Positions 37,279 through 50,446 of a stretch of DNA of 64,000 nt are shown here, piece after piece. The notes beneath the pieces were generated by a model. That model was not told the origin of the DNA, did no database searches, and saw only the letters and a program-made list of their open reading frames with translations. The stretch lies in assembly GCA_964016885.1 (NCBI GenBank), contig OZ024742.1, forward strand, positions 339,822,001 to 339,886,000, in the 5' to 3' direction. The translations under genes were made by a program, and so were the position numbers. How positions within the stretch are numbered: the first letter of the stretch is position 1; each line of letters starts with the position of its first letter. The DNA comes from Eledone cirrhosa (Eukaryota).

Positions 37279-37680
37279 ACGGCCATTTGCCAATATGGTT
37301 TGTTTTTATTGATTTATTATTTTAAATCGAGACAGGCAAACTGTATTATTATAATTAGTATTTTTCAATCTAGCTAACTTAGTCATTTACAATACAAACA
37401 CATATATGTTGGTATTTGTGTTTATCATATATATTAATTTATATTAACTTGTATTACACGGCTCAGAAATACTTATTTCTTTGAGCTATTTCATTGTAAA
37501 GAATGTTTGAGTTTAGAACTCTTTATTCATAGTATCACGGCTCTTTCTGTCGAGCTAATTTTAGCCCCATAAAAACGGCTGTTATTTCTAGCAGCACGAG
37601 TATGCGGTAGCTAGACACTGAGAAACCATGTGCGTTGATCAGTCTTAAATATTTTGAAGTGAAACATACCAATTTTTGAG

Positions 37681-37810
37681 GGTACTTGCTGATGAGATCT
37701 GAATATGGTATTTTTAACTTTTTCATTTATCGAAACTTATTTGGATTTTGAAGTTTAAACTTATCTACGGAACAGGTTTGGATTTTGAAATTTAAATTTG
37801 TCCAAGTACC
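37681..37810 (+). ncRNA. Type I hammerhead ribozyme with extended stem III (copy 2)
   Basis: Same elements as copy 1; GUC at 37800-37802. Confidence 0.85.
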
Positions 37811-38021
37811 ACGGCCATTTGCCAATATGGTTTATTTTTATTGATTTATTATTTTAAATCGAGACAGGCAAACTGTATTATTATAATTAGTATTTTTCAA
37901 TCTAGCTAACTTAGTCATTTACAATACAAACACTTATATGTTGGTATTTGTGTTTATCATATATATTAATTTATATTAACTTGTATATATATATATATAT
38001 AGCTATATATCATCATCATTA

Positions 38022-41000
38022 TCTATAAAAGGCAGATTTTTGTGTCTGTATGTATGTTTCAATTTTATACATTTACACAATTCCAAAAATATTGAATGAA
38101 TAATTAAGCAGAATGTTTACAAATATTCTAACTTGCGTCATGGGCGAACTTATTGGGTAAAAAATGCCACAATTACGGAAAAATCGATTTATTTCAACAA
38201 TCGATGATTTCTCCTCTCTCATAAGATATACGTTTCCTATATCTACTCCCTTCATCACCTCCCCTTAAAATTGCTACCTTCTCTTATAAGTGTTTGTGAA
38301 AAAGAGAAACATTGAAAAAAAACATATACACACATATATGTGGGTGCATACACACACATATATGTTGGTATGGTTACGATTGACGTCAGAGAAACAGGAA
38401 CGCGGGAATTTCAACCAATCAACGCATACACAGTTTGTTTTAGAAATAACAAGAGCATATAATGTTCAAGAGAGATATAATGATAAAGAGGGAGAGAGAG
38501 AGAAACAAACAGACACACTAAAAGTTGGATATATGTGTGTGTGTTTGTATTAGGGCGTTCAAACTCCATTTCGAAGCTGACTTTCATTTACTAAACTGTA
38601 AGTTTTTCAATCGGCCTTACACTTTCAAACTATATTTTTCTGTATAAGTAACTTTAACCCTTTATTTTCGACATAAAAATGCACACATACATACAAATAC
38701 CTGTAAATTTTTTTGGGGGGCCTTTCTTATCAATCTTTTTACATTCAATTATCAGCCTTATACTTTCAAAGTCAATTTTTATGTTGAAGTAACTTTCACC
38801 CTTTATTTTTCGATACCCATTTACTTACTAACATTTGTATCACAACAACAATAACAATATTCATAAACAGAGTGTAGAGTTTCAAAGTCAATTTTTCTGT
38901 AGAAGTAACTTTCACCCTTTCTTTTGGAAATAAAATGCCACCTAAACAGAGAAGTCGCCTCAGTTGACGTACCGCGTCAGCAGTGGCGCAAAAGGCTACT
39001 ATAGCAAACGAGTCCTCTCAGGAAAATGCTTCAAGACTTTCACAGATAGCCTTGCGTTCAGCAGAATGTCGAGCCGCTGAAAGTTTCCAACAGCGCACCG
39101 CACGCCTAGCCAAAATGGCTTCATACCAGGCTTCTTCCAGGGCTTCAGAGAGCCGTGAACAAAGGTCGAAGCGCCTGGCTAGAAACGATGCGACTAATGT
39201 TGCTTCCAGGTCTTTGGAACGTTTAAAACAACGGACGGCTCGCCTCCCTACGAACGCTGCGGCTATGACTACTTCCATGGCTTCTGAAGATGCAGACGGG
39301 CGGTCCATTAGCATTGCAAATGTTGCTTCTGCTATTGCTGCCAGACCTTCCCACCAACCACACGACCAATGTTCTACGTTCAAGCGTAACGGTCGACGGC
39401 GAGAAGCTGCACGCGGTGTGACGAGCCCCAACAACCCTTACTGGCACCTACGGGCTTTCAAGTATCAGCAAAACGTTAATTACTCGATGCGTTCTGACAT
39501 AAATATAGGCGAGATGCGCCTCAATTGCCAATTCTGCAATGCTACAAAGTGGGCTGGGGAGCCACCTGCAATGTGCTACTTAAACGGTAAGGTCACCTTG
39601 CCCCCTCTTCCGGAACCGCCAGAGCCTTTGAAGGAATTACTGACTGGTTATACCTCAAGGTAAAAAAAAAACCCCTGATCCCCCCAGTAAAAAACGCTCC
39701 TGGGGGGACCGGAAAAACTTTTGTAACGAATTTGATTCTCGCTCAGATTCGTCAGGAGAAAAAAGTTGCGTTGTCCGTTGCATCGTCCGGGATCGCTGCT
39801 ACTTTGCTGCCGGGAGGCAGGACAGCACATTCAACCTTTAAACTCCCTTTGGATTTAGTAAAAACTGAGACACCAACATACAATATCAGCAAGAGTTCAC
39901 ACAAAGCTCTGGTTCTCAAAAGATGTTGCCTCATTGTTTGGGATGACTGCGCAATGGCACACAAGGGTGCCCTTGAGGCATTGGACAGGGCCCGGAAAGA
40001 CATTAGGGATTCTACGGCTCCTATGGGTGGCGTAACCCTTCTGCCATCAGGGAATTTTCGGAAAACGCTGCCTGTCATCCCCAAATGGACAAGAGCTGAT
40101 GAAGTGCGTGCCTGTCTTAAGTCGTCCATGTTGTGGCTCCAGGTGAATAGTTTGTACCTGAGCACAAATATGCGTGCTCATTTGCATGGTGACAACATGT
40201 CTGCAGCACAGAACATTTTAGCCCTTGGTGAGAGCAAGATCCCTGCGGATGACAAGGGCGGCATAGCAATCGATACCCTGTGCAACATTGTGAGCAGCCC
40301 TTCTGACCTTTGGGAAACAGTTTTTCCTAATGTCTCATCTAACTTTAAAAACCTCGATTGGCTCAGCGAAAGAGCCATCCTTGCTCCAAAAAATACCATG
40401 GTTAATTTTATTAACGAATAGCTGATTGAGAAGATTCCCGGTAATGAGCACATCTTCAAATCAGACCCCGACGATATCGTTAATTACCCGGTTGAGTTAT
40501 TAAATCTCCTTGAGGCCCCAGGGCTCCCACCTCACATTATTAAGCTTAGGGCTGGCTGTCCCATTATGCTAATAAGGAACTTGCGTCCACCAAAGCAGTG
40601 CAACGGTACTCGCATGGTCGGCAAGTCACTGACACCCACTTGATTGAGGCCACCATTGTAACGGGTCCGGAAGAGGGGAGAATGTTTTCATTCCAAGGAT
40701 GAACCTTTTCCCCTCGGCGTCAGATATCCCGTTCGATTTCCGACAATCCCAATTCCCGGTGAGACCATGTTTTGCCATGTCCATTAACAAGTCACAAGGG
40801 CAAAAATTGTCGGTGGCGGGCATCCATTTGGGGGAGCCATGCTTCTCCCATGGCCAACTTTATGTTGCCTGTTCCCGCGCAGGGAGCAGGAATGGACTTT
40901 TTGCTTACTCTCCTCAAAGGATGACACGCAATATCGTCTACAAAGAGGTGCTATAGATGTTTGTGCAGGTGTTGGAGCTATGCCGTCTGGAACACTATTT

Positions 41001-41270
41001 CCTGGTAGCGTATCCCATGGCAGACAGATTTGACACCCAGCGGTATCAGGGCCACCATCTTGCAACTTTGGCCTACTAAATTCGCTATTGGAAGATTATT
41101 AACCCATCATTGATTGACCAAAATGCTAATTGGTTCGTAACTTTTAATAACCAGTTCAACTGCTTTATGCACTTAATTGATAAGCTTATTCGCTTTCAAA
41201 CCACGTTTACCTGTATGTAACTTTTCATAGCAAATGAACAAACCCGAGCAACGCCAGGCTAAACTGCTAG
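38022..41270 (+). mobile_element. Helitron, Rep-deleted (copy 1)
   Basis: 5' A|TCTATAAAAGG and 3' CCCGAGCAACGCCAGG..CTGCTAG|T. Encodes an N-terminal region and a PIF1-like helicase. Confidence 0.92.
38935..40956 (+). pseudogene. Helitron RepHel remnant: N-terminal Cys motif + PIF1-family helicase
   Basis: CQFCNATKWAGEPPAMCYLNGKV, GGTGKTF, ASSGIAATLLPGGRTAHS.FKLP, RAILAPKN, FAMSINKSQGQ, CFSHGQLYVACSR. Contains stops and frameshifts. Confidence 0.92.
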
Positions 41271-41273
41271 TTA

Positions 41274-44200
41274 TCTATAAAAGGCAGATTTTTGTGTCTG
41301 TATGTATGTTTCAATTTTATACATTTTCACAATTCCAAAAATATTGAATGAATAATTAAGGAGAATGTTTACAAATATTCTAACTTGGGTCATGGGCAAA
41401 CTTATTGGGTAAAAAATGCCACAATTACAGAAAACTCGATTTATTTCAACAATCGATGATTTCTCCTCTCTCATATGATATACGTTTCCTATATCTACTC
41501 CCTTCATCATCTCCCCTTAAAATTGCTACCTTCTCTTATAAGTGTTTGTGAAAAAGAGAAACATTGAAAAAAAACATATACACACATATATGTGGGTGCA
41601 TACACACACATATATGTTGGTATGGTTACGATTGACGTCATAGAAACAGGAAAGCGGGAATTTAAATCAATCAACGCATACACAGTCTGTTTTAGCTCCA
41701 TTTCGAAGCTGACTTTCATTTACTAAACTAAGTTTTTCAATCGGCCTTACACTTTCAAACTATATTTTTCTGTATAATTAACTTTAACCCTTTATTTTCG
41801 ACATAAAAATACACACATACATACAAATACCTGTAAATTTTTTTGGGGGGGTCTTTCTTATCAATCTTTTTACATTCAATTATCAGCCTTATACTTTCAA
41901 AGTCAATTTTTATGTTGAAGTAACTTTCAACCTTTAATACATACATACATACATACATACATACATACATACATACATACATACATACATACATACATAC
42001 ATACATACTTACATACATATACACACATACATACATATACACACATACATACAAATACCTGTCACTTAATTTACACACACATCGGCCTTACACTTTCAAA
42101 CTAAATTTTTCTGTAGAAGTAACTTTAACCCTTTCTTTTCGACATAAAAATACACACATACATACAAATAACTGTAAATTTTTTGGGGGGGTCTTTCTTA
42201 TCAATCTTTTTACATTCAATTATCAGCCTTATACTTTCAAAGTCACATTTTATGTTGAAGTAACTTTCACCCTTTATTTTTCGATACCCATTTACTTACT
42301 AACATTTGTATCACAACAACAATAACAATATTCATAAACAGACAGTAGACTTTCAAAGTCAATTTTTCTGTAGAAGTAATTTTCACCCTTTCTTTTGGAA
42401 ATAAAATGCCACCTAAAAAGAGAAGTCGCCTCAGTCGACATACCGCGTCAGCAGTGGCGCAAAAGGCTGCTATAGCAAACGAGTCCTCTCAGGAAAATGC
42501 TTCAAGACTTTTACAGACAGCCTTACGTTCAGCAGAATGTCGAGCCGCTGAAAGTTTCCAACAGCGCACCGCACGCCTAGCCAAATTGGCTTCATACCAG
42601 GCTTCTTCCAGGGCTTCAGAGAGCCGGGAACAAAGGTCGAAGCGCCTGGCTAGAAACGGTGCGACTAATGCTGCTTCCAGGTCTTTGGAACGTTTAAAAA
42701 AACGGACGGCTCGCCTCCCTACGAACGCTGCGGCTATGACTACTTCCATGGCTTCTGAAGATGCAGACGGGCGGTCCATTAGCATTGCAAATGTTGCTTC
42801 TGCTATTGCTGCCAGACCTTCCCACCAACCACACGACCAATGTTCTACGTTCAAGCGTAACAGTCGACGGCGAGAAGCTGCACGCGGTGTGACGAGCCCC
42901 AACAGCCCTTACTTGCACCTACGGGCTTTCAAGTATCAGCAAAACGTTAATTACTCGATGCGCTCTGACATAAATATAGGCGAGATGCGCTTCAATTGCC
43001 AATTCTGCAATGCTACAAAGTGGGCTGGGGAGCCACCTGCAATGTGCTGCTTAAACGGTAAGGTCACCTTGCCCCCTCTTCCGGAACCGCCAGAGCCTTT
43101 GAAGGAACTACTGACTGGTTATACCTCAAGGTCAAAAAAAAAAAACCTGATCCCCCCCAATAAAAAACGCTCCTGGGGGTACCGGAAAAACTTTTGTAAC
43201 GAATTTGATTCTCGCTAAGATTCGTCAGGAGAAAAAAGTTGCGTTGTCCGTTGCATCGTCCGGGATCGCTGCTACTTTGCTGCCGGGAGACAGGACAGCA
43301 CATTCAACCTTTAAACTCCCTTTGGATTTAGTAAAAACTGAGACACCAACATGCAATATCAGCAAGAGTTCACACAAAGCTCTGGTTCTCAAAAGATGTT
43401 GCCTCATTGTTTGGGATGAGAGCTCAATGGCACACAAGGGTGCCCTTGAGGCATTGGACAGGGCCCGGAAAGACATTAGGGATTCTACGGCTCCTATGGG
43501 TGGCGTAACCCTTCTGCTATCAGGGGGTTTTCGGAAAACGCTGCCTGTCATCCCCAAATGGACGAGAGCTGATGAAGTGCGTGCCTGTCTTAAGTCGTCC
43601 ATGTTGTGGCTCCAGGTGAATAGTTTGTACCTGAGCATAAATATGCGTGCTCATTTGCATGGTGACAACATGTCTGCAGCACAGAACATTTTAGCACTTG
43701 GTGAGGGCAAGATCCCTGCGGATGACAAGGGCGGCATAGCAATCGACACCCTGTGCAACATTGTGAGCAGCCCTTCTGACCTTTGGGAAGCAGTTTTTCC
43801 TAATGTCTCATCTAACTTTAAAAACCTCGATTGGCTCAGCGAAAGAGCCATCCTTGCTCCGAAAAATACCATGGTTAATTTTATTAACGAGCAGCTGATT
43901 GAGAAGATTCCCGGTAAAGAGCACATCTTCAAATCAGTCCCCGACGATATCGTTAATTATCGGGTTGAGTTATTAAATCTCCTTGAGCCCCCAGGGCTCC
44001 CACCTCACATTATTAAGCTTAGGGTTAGCTGTTCCATTATGCTAATAAGGAACTTGCGTCCACCAAAGCAGTGCAACGGTACTCGCATGGTCGTCAAGTC
44101 ACTGACACCCACTTGATTAAGGCCACCATTGTAACGAGGTGCGGAAGAGGGGAGAATGTTTTAATTCCAAGGATGAACCTTTTCCCCTCGGCGTCAGATA

Positions 44201-44744
44201 TCCCGTTCGATTTCCGGCAATCCCAATTCCCGGTGAGACCATTTTTTGCCATGTCCATTAACAAGTCGCAAGGGCAAACATTGTCGGTAGCGGGCATCCA
44301 TTTGGGGGAGCCATGCTTCTTCCATGGCCAACTTTATGTTGCCTGTTCCCGCGCAGGGAGCAGGAATGGACTTTTTGCTTACTCTCCTCAAGGGATGACA
44401 CGCAATATCGACTACAAAGAGGTGCTATAGATGTTGGTGCAGGTGTTGGAGCTATGCCGTCTGGAACACTATTTCCTGGTAGGGTATCCCTTGGCGGACA
44501 GATCTGACACCCAGCGGCATCAGGGCCACCATCTTGCAACTTTGGTCTACTAAATTCGCTATTGGAAGATTATTAACCCATCATTTATTGACCAAAATGG
44601 TAATTGGTTCGTAACTTTTAATAACCGGTTCAACTGCTTTATGCACTTAATTGATAAGCTTATTCGCTTTCAAACCACGTTTACCTGTATGTAACTTTTC
44701 ATAGCAAATGAACAAACCCGAGCAACGCCAGGCTAAACTGCTAG
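41274..44744 (+). mobile_element. Helitron, Rep-deleted (copy 2, tandem)
   Basis: Same termini as copy 1 and highly similar throughout. Confidence 0.92.
42406..44430 (+). pseudogene. Helitron RepHel remnant: N-terminal Cys motif + PIF1-family helicase
   Basis: MPPKKRS.., CQFC..CCLNGKV, Walker A GGTGKT (43175-43192), [36 protein letters not shown]. Two frameshifts. Confidence 0.93.
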
Positions 44745-44803
44745 TCTATAATATATGTATATATTTGTAAACACATATATATTATATTATTATATTATAT
44801 TAT

Positions 44804-44900
<97 letters not shown>

Positions 44901-45232
44901 TGTATGTGTGCGTGTGTGTATAAATATTAGTTTTATCACCTTTGTGAACTGACACTGCACTCATACAAACAGGCACGCATGCGTACATGCCTGCGTGCCT
45001 GTATGTATGTATGTATATTTAGAGAGAGAGAGAGAGAGAGAGGGGCGGAGAGGAAGAGAGAGAAGGGGAGCAAGAGAGAGGGAGATAGTGAGAGAGATAG
45101 GGTAGATAGAGAGATAGAATGTAATGGAGAAACTCAGCGCTTACATATACATATATTCATATACCTGGTCAATAGAATACTCTCCCGTATTCCTGTTTAT
45201 TGTTGTCGTTGTTGTCGTCGTCGTCGTCGTCG

Positions 45233-45263
<31 letters not shown>

Positions 45264-45475
45264 CGTCGTTGTTGTTATTTTTGTTGTCGTTGTTGTTGTT
45301 ATTGTTTTTTTGTTTTTTTATTAGAGTCGATTCCAGTGCAACATTGTCAAAAATCGTATAATGTCGTGCTCTGTACTTTGTCCCTGTAAGACCGAAAGCC
45401 TGTGATCAGTGTAGCGATAAATGTATTACGTGAACACATACACACACGTACATATGTATGTATGTATGTATCATG

Positions 45476-45509
<34 letters not shown>

Positions 45510-45912
45510 TGTATGTATGTATGTATGTATGTATGTATGTATGTATGTATGCATGTATATTTGTATGTTTGTATGTATGTAAGTATACATGCATATATGT
45601 ATGTATATATATATGGCGTATGAATGTATGTATATATATTTGTATGTATGTATGTTCTGGTTTTATAATTTCACAAACTTTTTACCAATAGAGGGAGAGT
45701 CGGTTTCTAACATAGACACAAGACTCTCTCATTGGAATTTACACATCAACTAGGTAGATATGCATGTATGAATGCATGTGTAGATATGGATGTTATTGTA
45801 TGTGTGGATGTGTATATTTTGAATTATATGTGTGCATGCGTATATGCTTAGTATCTGTACATGTGTATATGCAGTTATTAGATGCAACATTTTTGGAATG
45901 TTTTACATATGT

Positions 45913-47820
45913 TTACTGTTCCTTCCCAACTCTCATGATCTTATCTATTTCATGCAGATAGACTTGTTTGAGAGACGGGCTCCTATGCTTCGAGGTTCGT
46001 AGATGTTGTCGGAGGGATATGATGCGACATTCAAATGCTGTCTGGACTGATGTTAGGCCTCTGCCTCCCTGCTTACGTTTCAAGTAAAAGCGGTCTATGT
46101 CACTGTTGATGTGGAAGTTTCCGGTGTTGTTTAGTATTTTTCGAGTTCTAACATCAACTGCTCGGATTTCATCTATCGTCCAACTGAGTATTCCAAACGT
46201 TGGTGTTAGGACAGGCACAGCAAACACATTGTGAGCCAGTTTTGTTTTACGCAGAGAGTTCCGATGACCAAATTTTCTTAATCGGGTGTAGTATTCCCTG
46301 GTTACGCGTTCTTTATTACAGATACCATTATAGGATATGTTCTCATCTATCCCCAGGTATCTGTAGCAGTCCTCATCAGATATCGGTGAAACAGTTAGGC
46401 CATTGATGACAATGTTGCTAGATTGGGTTGTTTTTCCCCGCTTTACAGTCATGTATGAGCATTTATCTTGGCCAAACTCCATTCCTATATCCTTTGAGAA
46501 CGTTGTAACCCAGTCAAGATTTTTCTTTATCCCATCCACGTTCTTGGCATGGAGTTTCAGATCATCCACAAAGAAATTATGGGTTAGGTTCGTATTTTTT
46601 TCCTCCCGTGAGCCAATGATGTATCCTTCACATTTCTTGAGCAGAAAAGACAAGGGGTTTAATGACAGGATGAATAATATCACAGAGAGACTGTCTCCCT
46701 GAAATATACCTCTGCGATATTTTATTTTATCAGTGAAAATGGAGTCCTCCTTCTCTGTCTTTAACCTTAGGATAGTAGCCAAGGAAGAAGACAGCCTCTC
46801 TATGGCTATGGTAATAATGTCTGGGACTTTGGCAAGTTGGAGGGCCTCTATCATCCAAGAATGGGGAACAGAATCGAAAGCTTTCCTTTAGTCCAGCCAG
46901 ACTGTAGCCATATTCCTCCTAAGTTGTCGCACCTCCGACATCGCAGTTTTCTTGATTAGGAGTTGTTCAGCACATCCCCCAAACCCCTTTCTTTCCAGCT
47001 GTGATGATGTTATTATTTTCACAGTTATCTTGGAGGAATAGGTTCAGGCAGGCTGTATACATCTTATACATCAGGTTCTGGCATGCAATGGGTCGGTAGA
47101 TTTTTGCCAAGTGGGTGTCTTTGTGCTTGGGGACCAGTAATGTTTGTGCTAATGTCAACTATTCTGGTATATGTGTATCTCCCTTAAGAACTTGTTGGTA
47201 GAGGTCGGTAAGAGACCTCCGATAGAATATCAGTTTTTTGTATCAGTAGCCGACAATCATGTCTCTTCCTGATGTTTTCTTATCTTGGAGTTTTCCTATC
47301 ACAGTCTCAAGGGTATCCTCACTTATTTCGTATGTTTTTGTTGTAGTGTAGGAGCAATAGTTCTTTCGGATTTCTTTTAGCCACAGTGCATCTTGGTTGA
47401 AATTCTTCTTTTCACCCCTTATTTTTCTCCAAAAAGAATCTATGTCTTTCTGGGATGGGGCCTCAGTGACACTTATTATTTTGCCCTTCACATCTCTATA
47501 GACTGGTGTTTGGTTTCGTCTGAATCTTTTATTAAGCACTTTTCTTTCATCTACCTTCTTCAGGTATCGGCGTTTTTCGCTAACAGCTCTCAATTCTTGT
47601 TTGAGGGTGATCAGCTTATATTGAAGAGTTCTGGTTCTACTGTTACCAAACATCGTCTCTATTTTATTTTTCACTCTTTGTTGGTGAGGAGTGAGGTTTT
47701 TTGTGTTTGTTTGCATGTAAGGAGCATTGTCATATATCCTATGGTTTTTCGTAGGTCAGCAATCTTTTTTTCTATTTTAGTTATATATGATGGTATTTTG
47801 GTGGTGTTTTGTTCTAGTTA
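45913..47820 (-). mobile_element. R4/Dong-like non-LTR retrotransposon RT fragment
   Basis: YRPIACQNLMYK, W(L)D*.KAFDSVPHSW, RRGIFQGDSLS, FVDDLKL, DIGMEFGQDKC, YRYLGI, RKQGGRGL. It is truncated before the CCHC/RLE domain. Confidence 0.88.
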
Positions 47821-47857
47821 ATATCTCTGCTATCACCAAGATGATGCTTCACTGTCG

Positions 47858-48187
47858 TTGCTAAGCAATTGCCCGATACACCACAGAGACAGTTGCTTGC
47901 GCACATACATCGTGTACAAGATCGAATGCGACAGGTGCAAGGAATTTTACATCAGCAGCAATATCCGACCTCTGTATATACGTATTAAAGAGCACGTCAG
48001 CACCAGAGCCTCGTCCTTCTGGAAACACATCGACAAGTGCAGAAACAAGGACAAAACCCCCACTGTCACAGTGCTAGCAACAGAGCGTAGCATTGGCACT
48101 CTAAGGGTGAAGGAAGCTCTCTGGATAAATCAATTAGAGCCTTCAATAAACAGCAGACACGAGAGAGGGGGACTATGGTTGGTGTGA
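47858..48187 (+). pseudogene. Penelope-type GIY-YIG endonuclease C-terminal fragment
   Basis: IVYKIECDRCKEFYI(S)S..RPLYIRIKEH...KEALWINQLEPSINSRHE. A weak HHR-like remnant + AATAAA lies at ~48322-48380. Confidence 0.85.
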
Positions 48188-48639
48188 TATTGGCTAAGAC
48201 ACGTGCACAGAGTTACAGCAGCAATGATCAGAACGTACAGCCACGAATGCGCAAGTCCAACTAATAACCGTCAATCTTAAGCAGAATCGTACAATCAGTA
48301 ATGTTCAACGACGTATCTATTTTCCCTTCAGAAACCATCCCCGTTTATGGATGTGAATTCGAAATATAGGGACTAATAAATCTTCTAAGGTACACAGACC
48401 CCTGCATTCTTCCTTTTCTTTTTCCTCTTTCGTCCTTACACCTTTTACGTTAATTTACGTTTGTTTCCTCTTCCTTCTCCCACTACCACTAGATTTCGAT
48501 GCCAGAAGATTTACCCATCTGCATTGTAGAAGCTTCCAAACTGACTATTTTTCATATTCCACAATGTTTCAAGCAAACCTGAACACTCTCTTAACATTAT
48601 TATCACTCACAACCTAACTATGGCATAGAAAGACACTGC

Positions 48640-48832
48640 ACATGAAATTAACAGTGAAATGGCTGAGTATTCTACAAACACGTGTACTCTCAACGTGACA
48701 TAGTTTTTGTGACAATGAACTGCTGTTACAACTCATTGTTTAACTGGACTGGAACAGCATAAAATAAAGTATTTTGTCCAAGGCCACAAAATGCCACCGA
48801 GTATAAAGTTCTCGGCTTTACAATCGTGAGCT
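48640..48832 (-). mobile_element. SINE fragment
   Basis: ctggaacagcataaaataaagtattttgtccaaggccacaa resembles the 31375-31495 family. Confidence 0.55.
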
Positions 48833-49370
48833 GAACAAAGGGTTATAGTTTCTTACATATACTAGCAGAAAAAGCACCCCTCGAGTGGTTTTCTGCTAGC
48901 ATGTGTAGTGTGTATATTGATATTATACGCAAGTTTATATGCATGTAGATATGATGCATCAAATAAAATCGTAATTGACAATATACACAGAAATTGAACG
49001 AAGACTGTGTTACACTGTCTTATGTAATCAGTAAAGTAATCCATGGTACATTAAAAAAAGACGATATTATATATAAACTGCATTAGGAGAAAATTAGTGA
49101 CGGAAATATATGAATGTTTATTTAAGCGATCGCTAACCGGAAGTGTTGGCATTTGAAAATTTTAAAGAAGTGAATCTTAAAATAAGCCACAAAGTGATTT
49201 ATATTTAGTCAAGAATAACGAAATTTAGTAGGTAAATTATGTAATATTCATTCATTATTTATTCAAAGTAATCCAACTTATTTTACAAACGGGATAAAAA
49301 AAATATATTCTGGACGCAGTCCCGCACTCCTTACTATATTATAGTTTAGATATTATACATACACTCTAAA

Positions 49371-49583
49371 TACGAGGGCCCGTTGAAAAGTTCTTAGGCT
49401 GAACAAGATACTCTCATGGAATGACAATATGAGGTTTATTTTTCAACACAGTCTCTGGAAAAAAAATGATAAAAAAACAATGCAATTATTAATAAGGAGT
49501 GCTGGATTTAATCCATGTAGGATTTCATAGCTCTAGCATTATTCTTCATAGTAAGCCTATGAACTTTTCATGCAACCCTCATA
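49371..49583. mobile_element. Tc1/mariner-type MITE, followed by a partial tandem copy to ~49850
   Basis: Imperfect TIRs TACGAGGG....TGAAAAGTTC / GAACTTTTCA....CCCTCATA with TA ends. Confidence 0.7.
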
Positions 49584-49991
49584 TACTTTATAAGTTCATA
49601 GGCTGGCCAAGATACTCTCATGGAATGACCAAACGTGGTTTATTTTTCAACATAGTCACTGGAAAAACACAATGCAGTTATTAATATGAGTTGAAATAAA
49701 TGTATACAAGATTTCACAGCTCTCGCAGTCCCAGAAAAAAACAACAAGAAGAAAAAAACAAAAACAAAAAGTGCAGTTATTAATAAGAAATGTTGAAATT
49801 AATGCATTTCACAGTTCTAGCATCATTCCTTCATAGTCAGCATATGAACTTTGGTGTCAATTCTAGTATAATTCTCGTTGACATTGATCATGACAGTGTA
49901 TGACAAGACTGGAGCATTGAATTACTGGTACAAATGTTTACCAGCTGAAATACGTGAAGCAACGTGAAATAATGTGTTTTGCTGAAGCCCA

Positions 49992-50067
49992 CAACATACC
50001 GCCATAGCTCTGACACGGCCTTACATCATGAAATGTAAGGCCGTGTCAGAGCTATGGCGGTATGTTG
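49992..50067. repeat. Perfect 35-bp hairpin
   Basis: 49992-50026 is the reverse complement of 50033-50067, with a 6-nt loop. Confidence 0.95.
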
Positions 50068-50371
50068 CCTAATATTAAATACACGTGTCTCTATAAAATT
50101 CTTTCCTGCTGTCTCTCTCTCTTGCCTTCTAGATCCCCCCCTCTCTCTCTCTCTCCTCTCTCTCACACTCTCTCTCTCTCTCTTAATATGGATTGCTTCA
50201 CAGTTTATCTGTCATCCTCGTGCAGGGGCCATTAAAATCTTCTTTGTATATTTTCAATTCTTAATGTGTACTGCCGAAGCTAGTACACAACGTTCTATAT
50301 TACTGCCCTCCTTTTTCACCTGTTTTCTTTCTTCTTCTTCTTCTTCTTCTTCTTCTTCTTCTTCTTCTTCT

Positions 50372-50407
<36 letters not shown>

Positions 50408-50412
50408 TTTTG

Positions 50413-50440
<28 letters not shown>

Positions 50441-50446
<6 letters not shown>

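Larger units (their letters stand above)
36985..37986 (+). mobile_element. Non-autonomous PLE/retrozyme-like element: two ~380-bp direct repeats + inverted 5' segment
   Basis: Direct repeats at 37071-37454 and 37607-37986. 36985-37070 is an inverted copy of 37451-37535. The element is flanked by (TA)n and has no ORF. Confidence 0.85.

Noticed and set aside
43205-44430. Host PIF1 helicase gene
   Set aside because: It is intronless, frameshifted, duplicated and enclosed by Helitron TC/CTAG termini.
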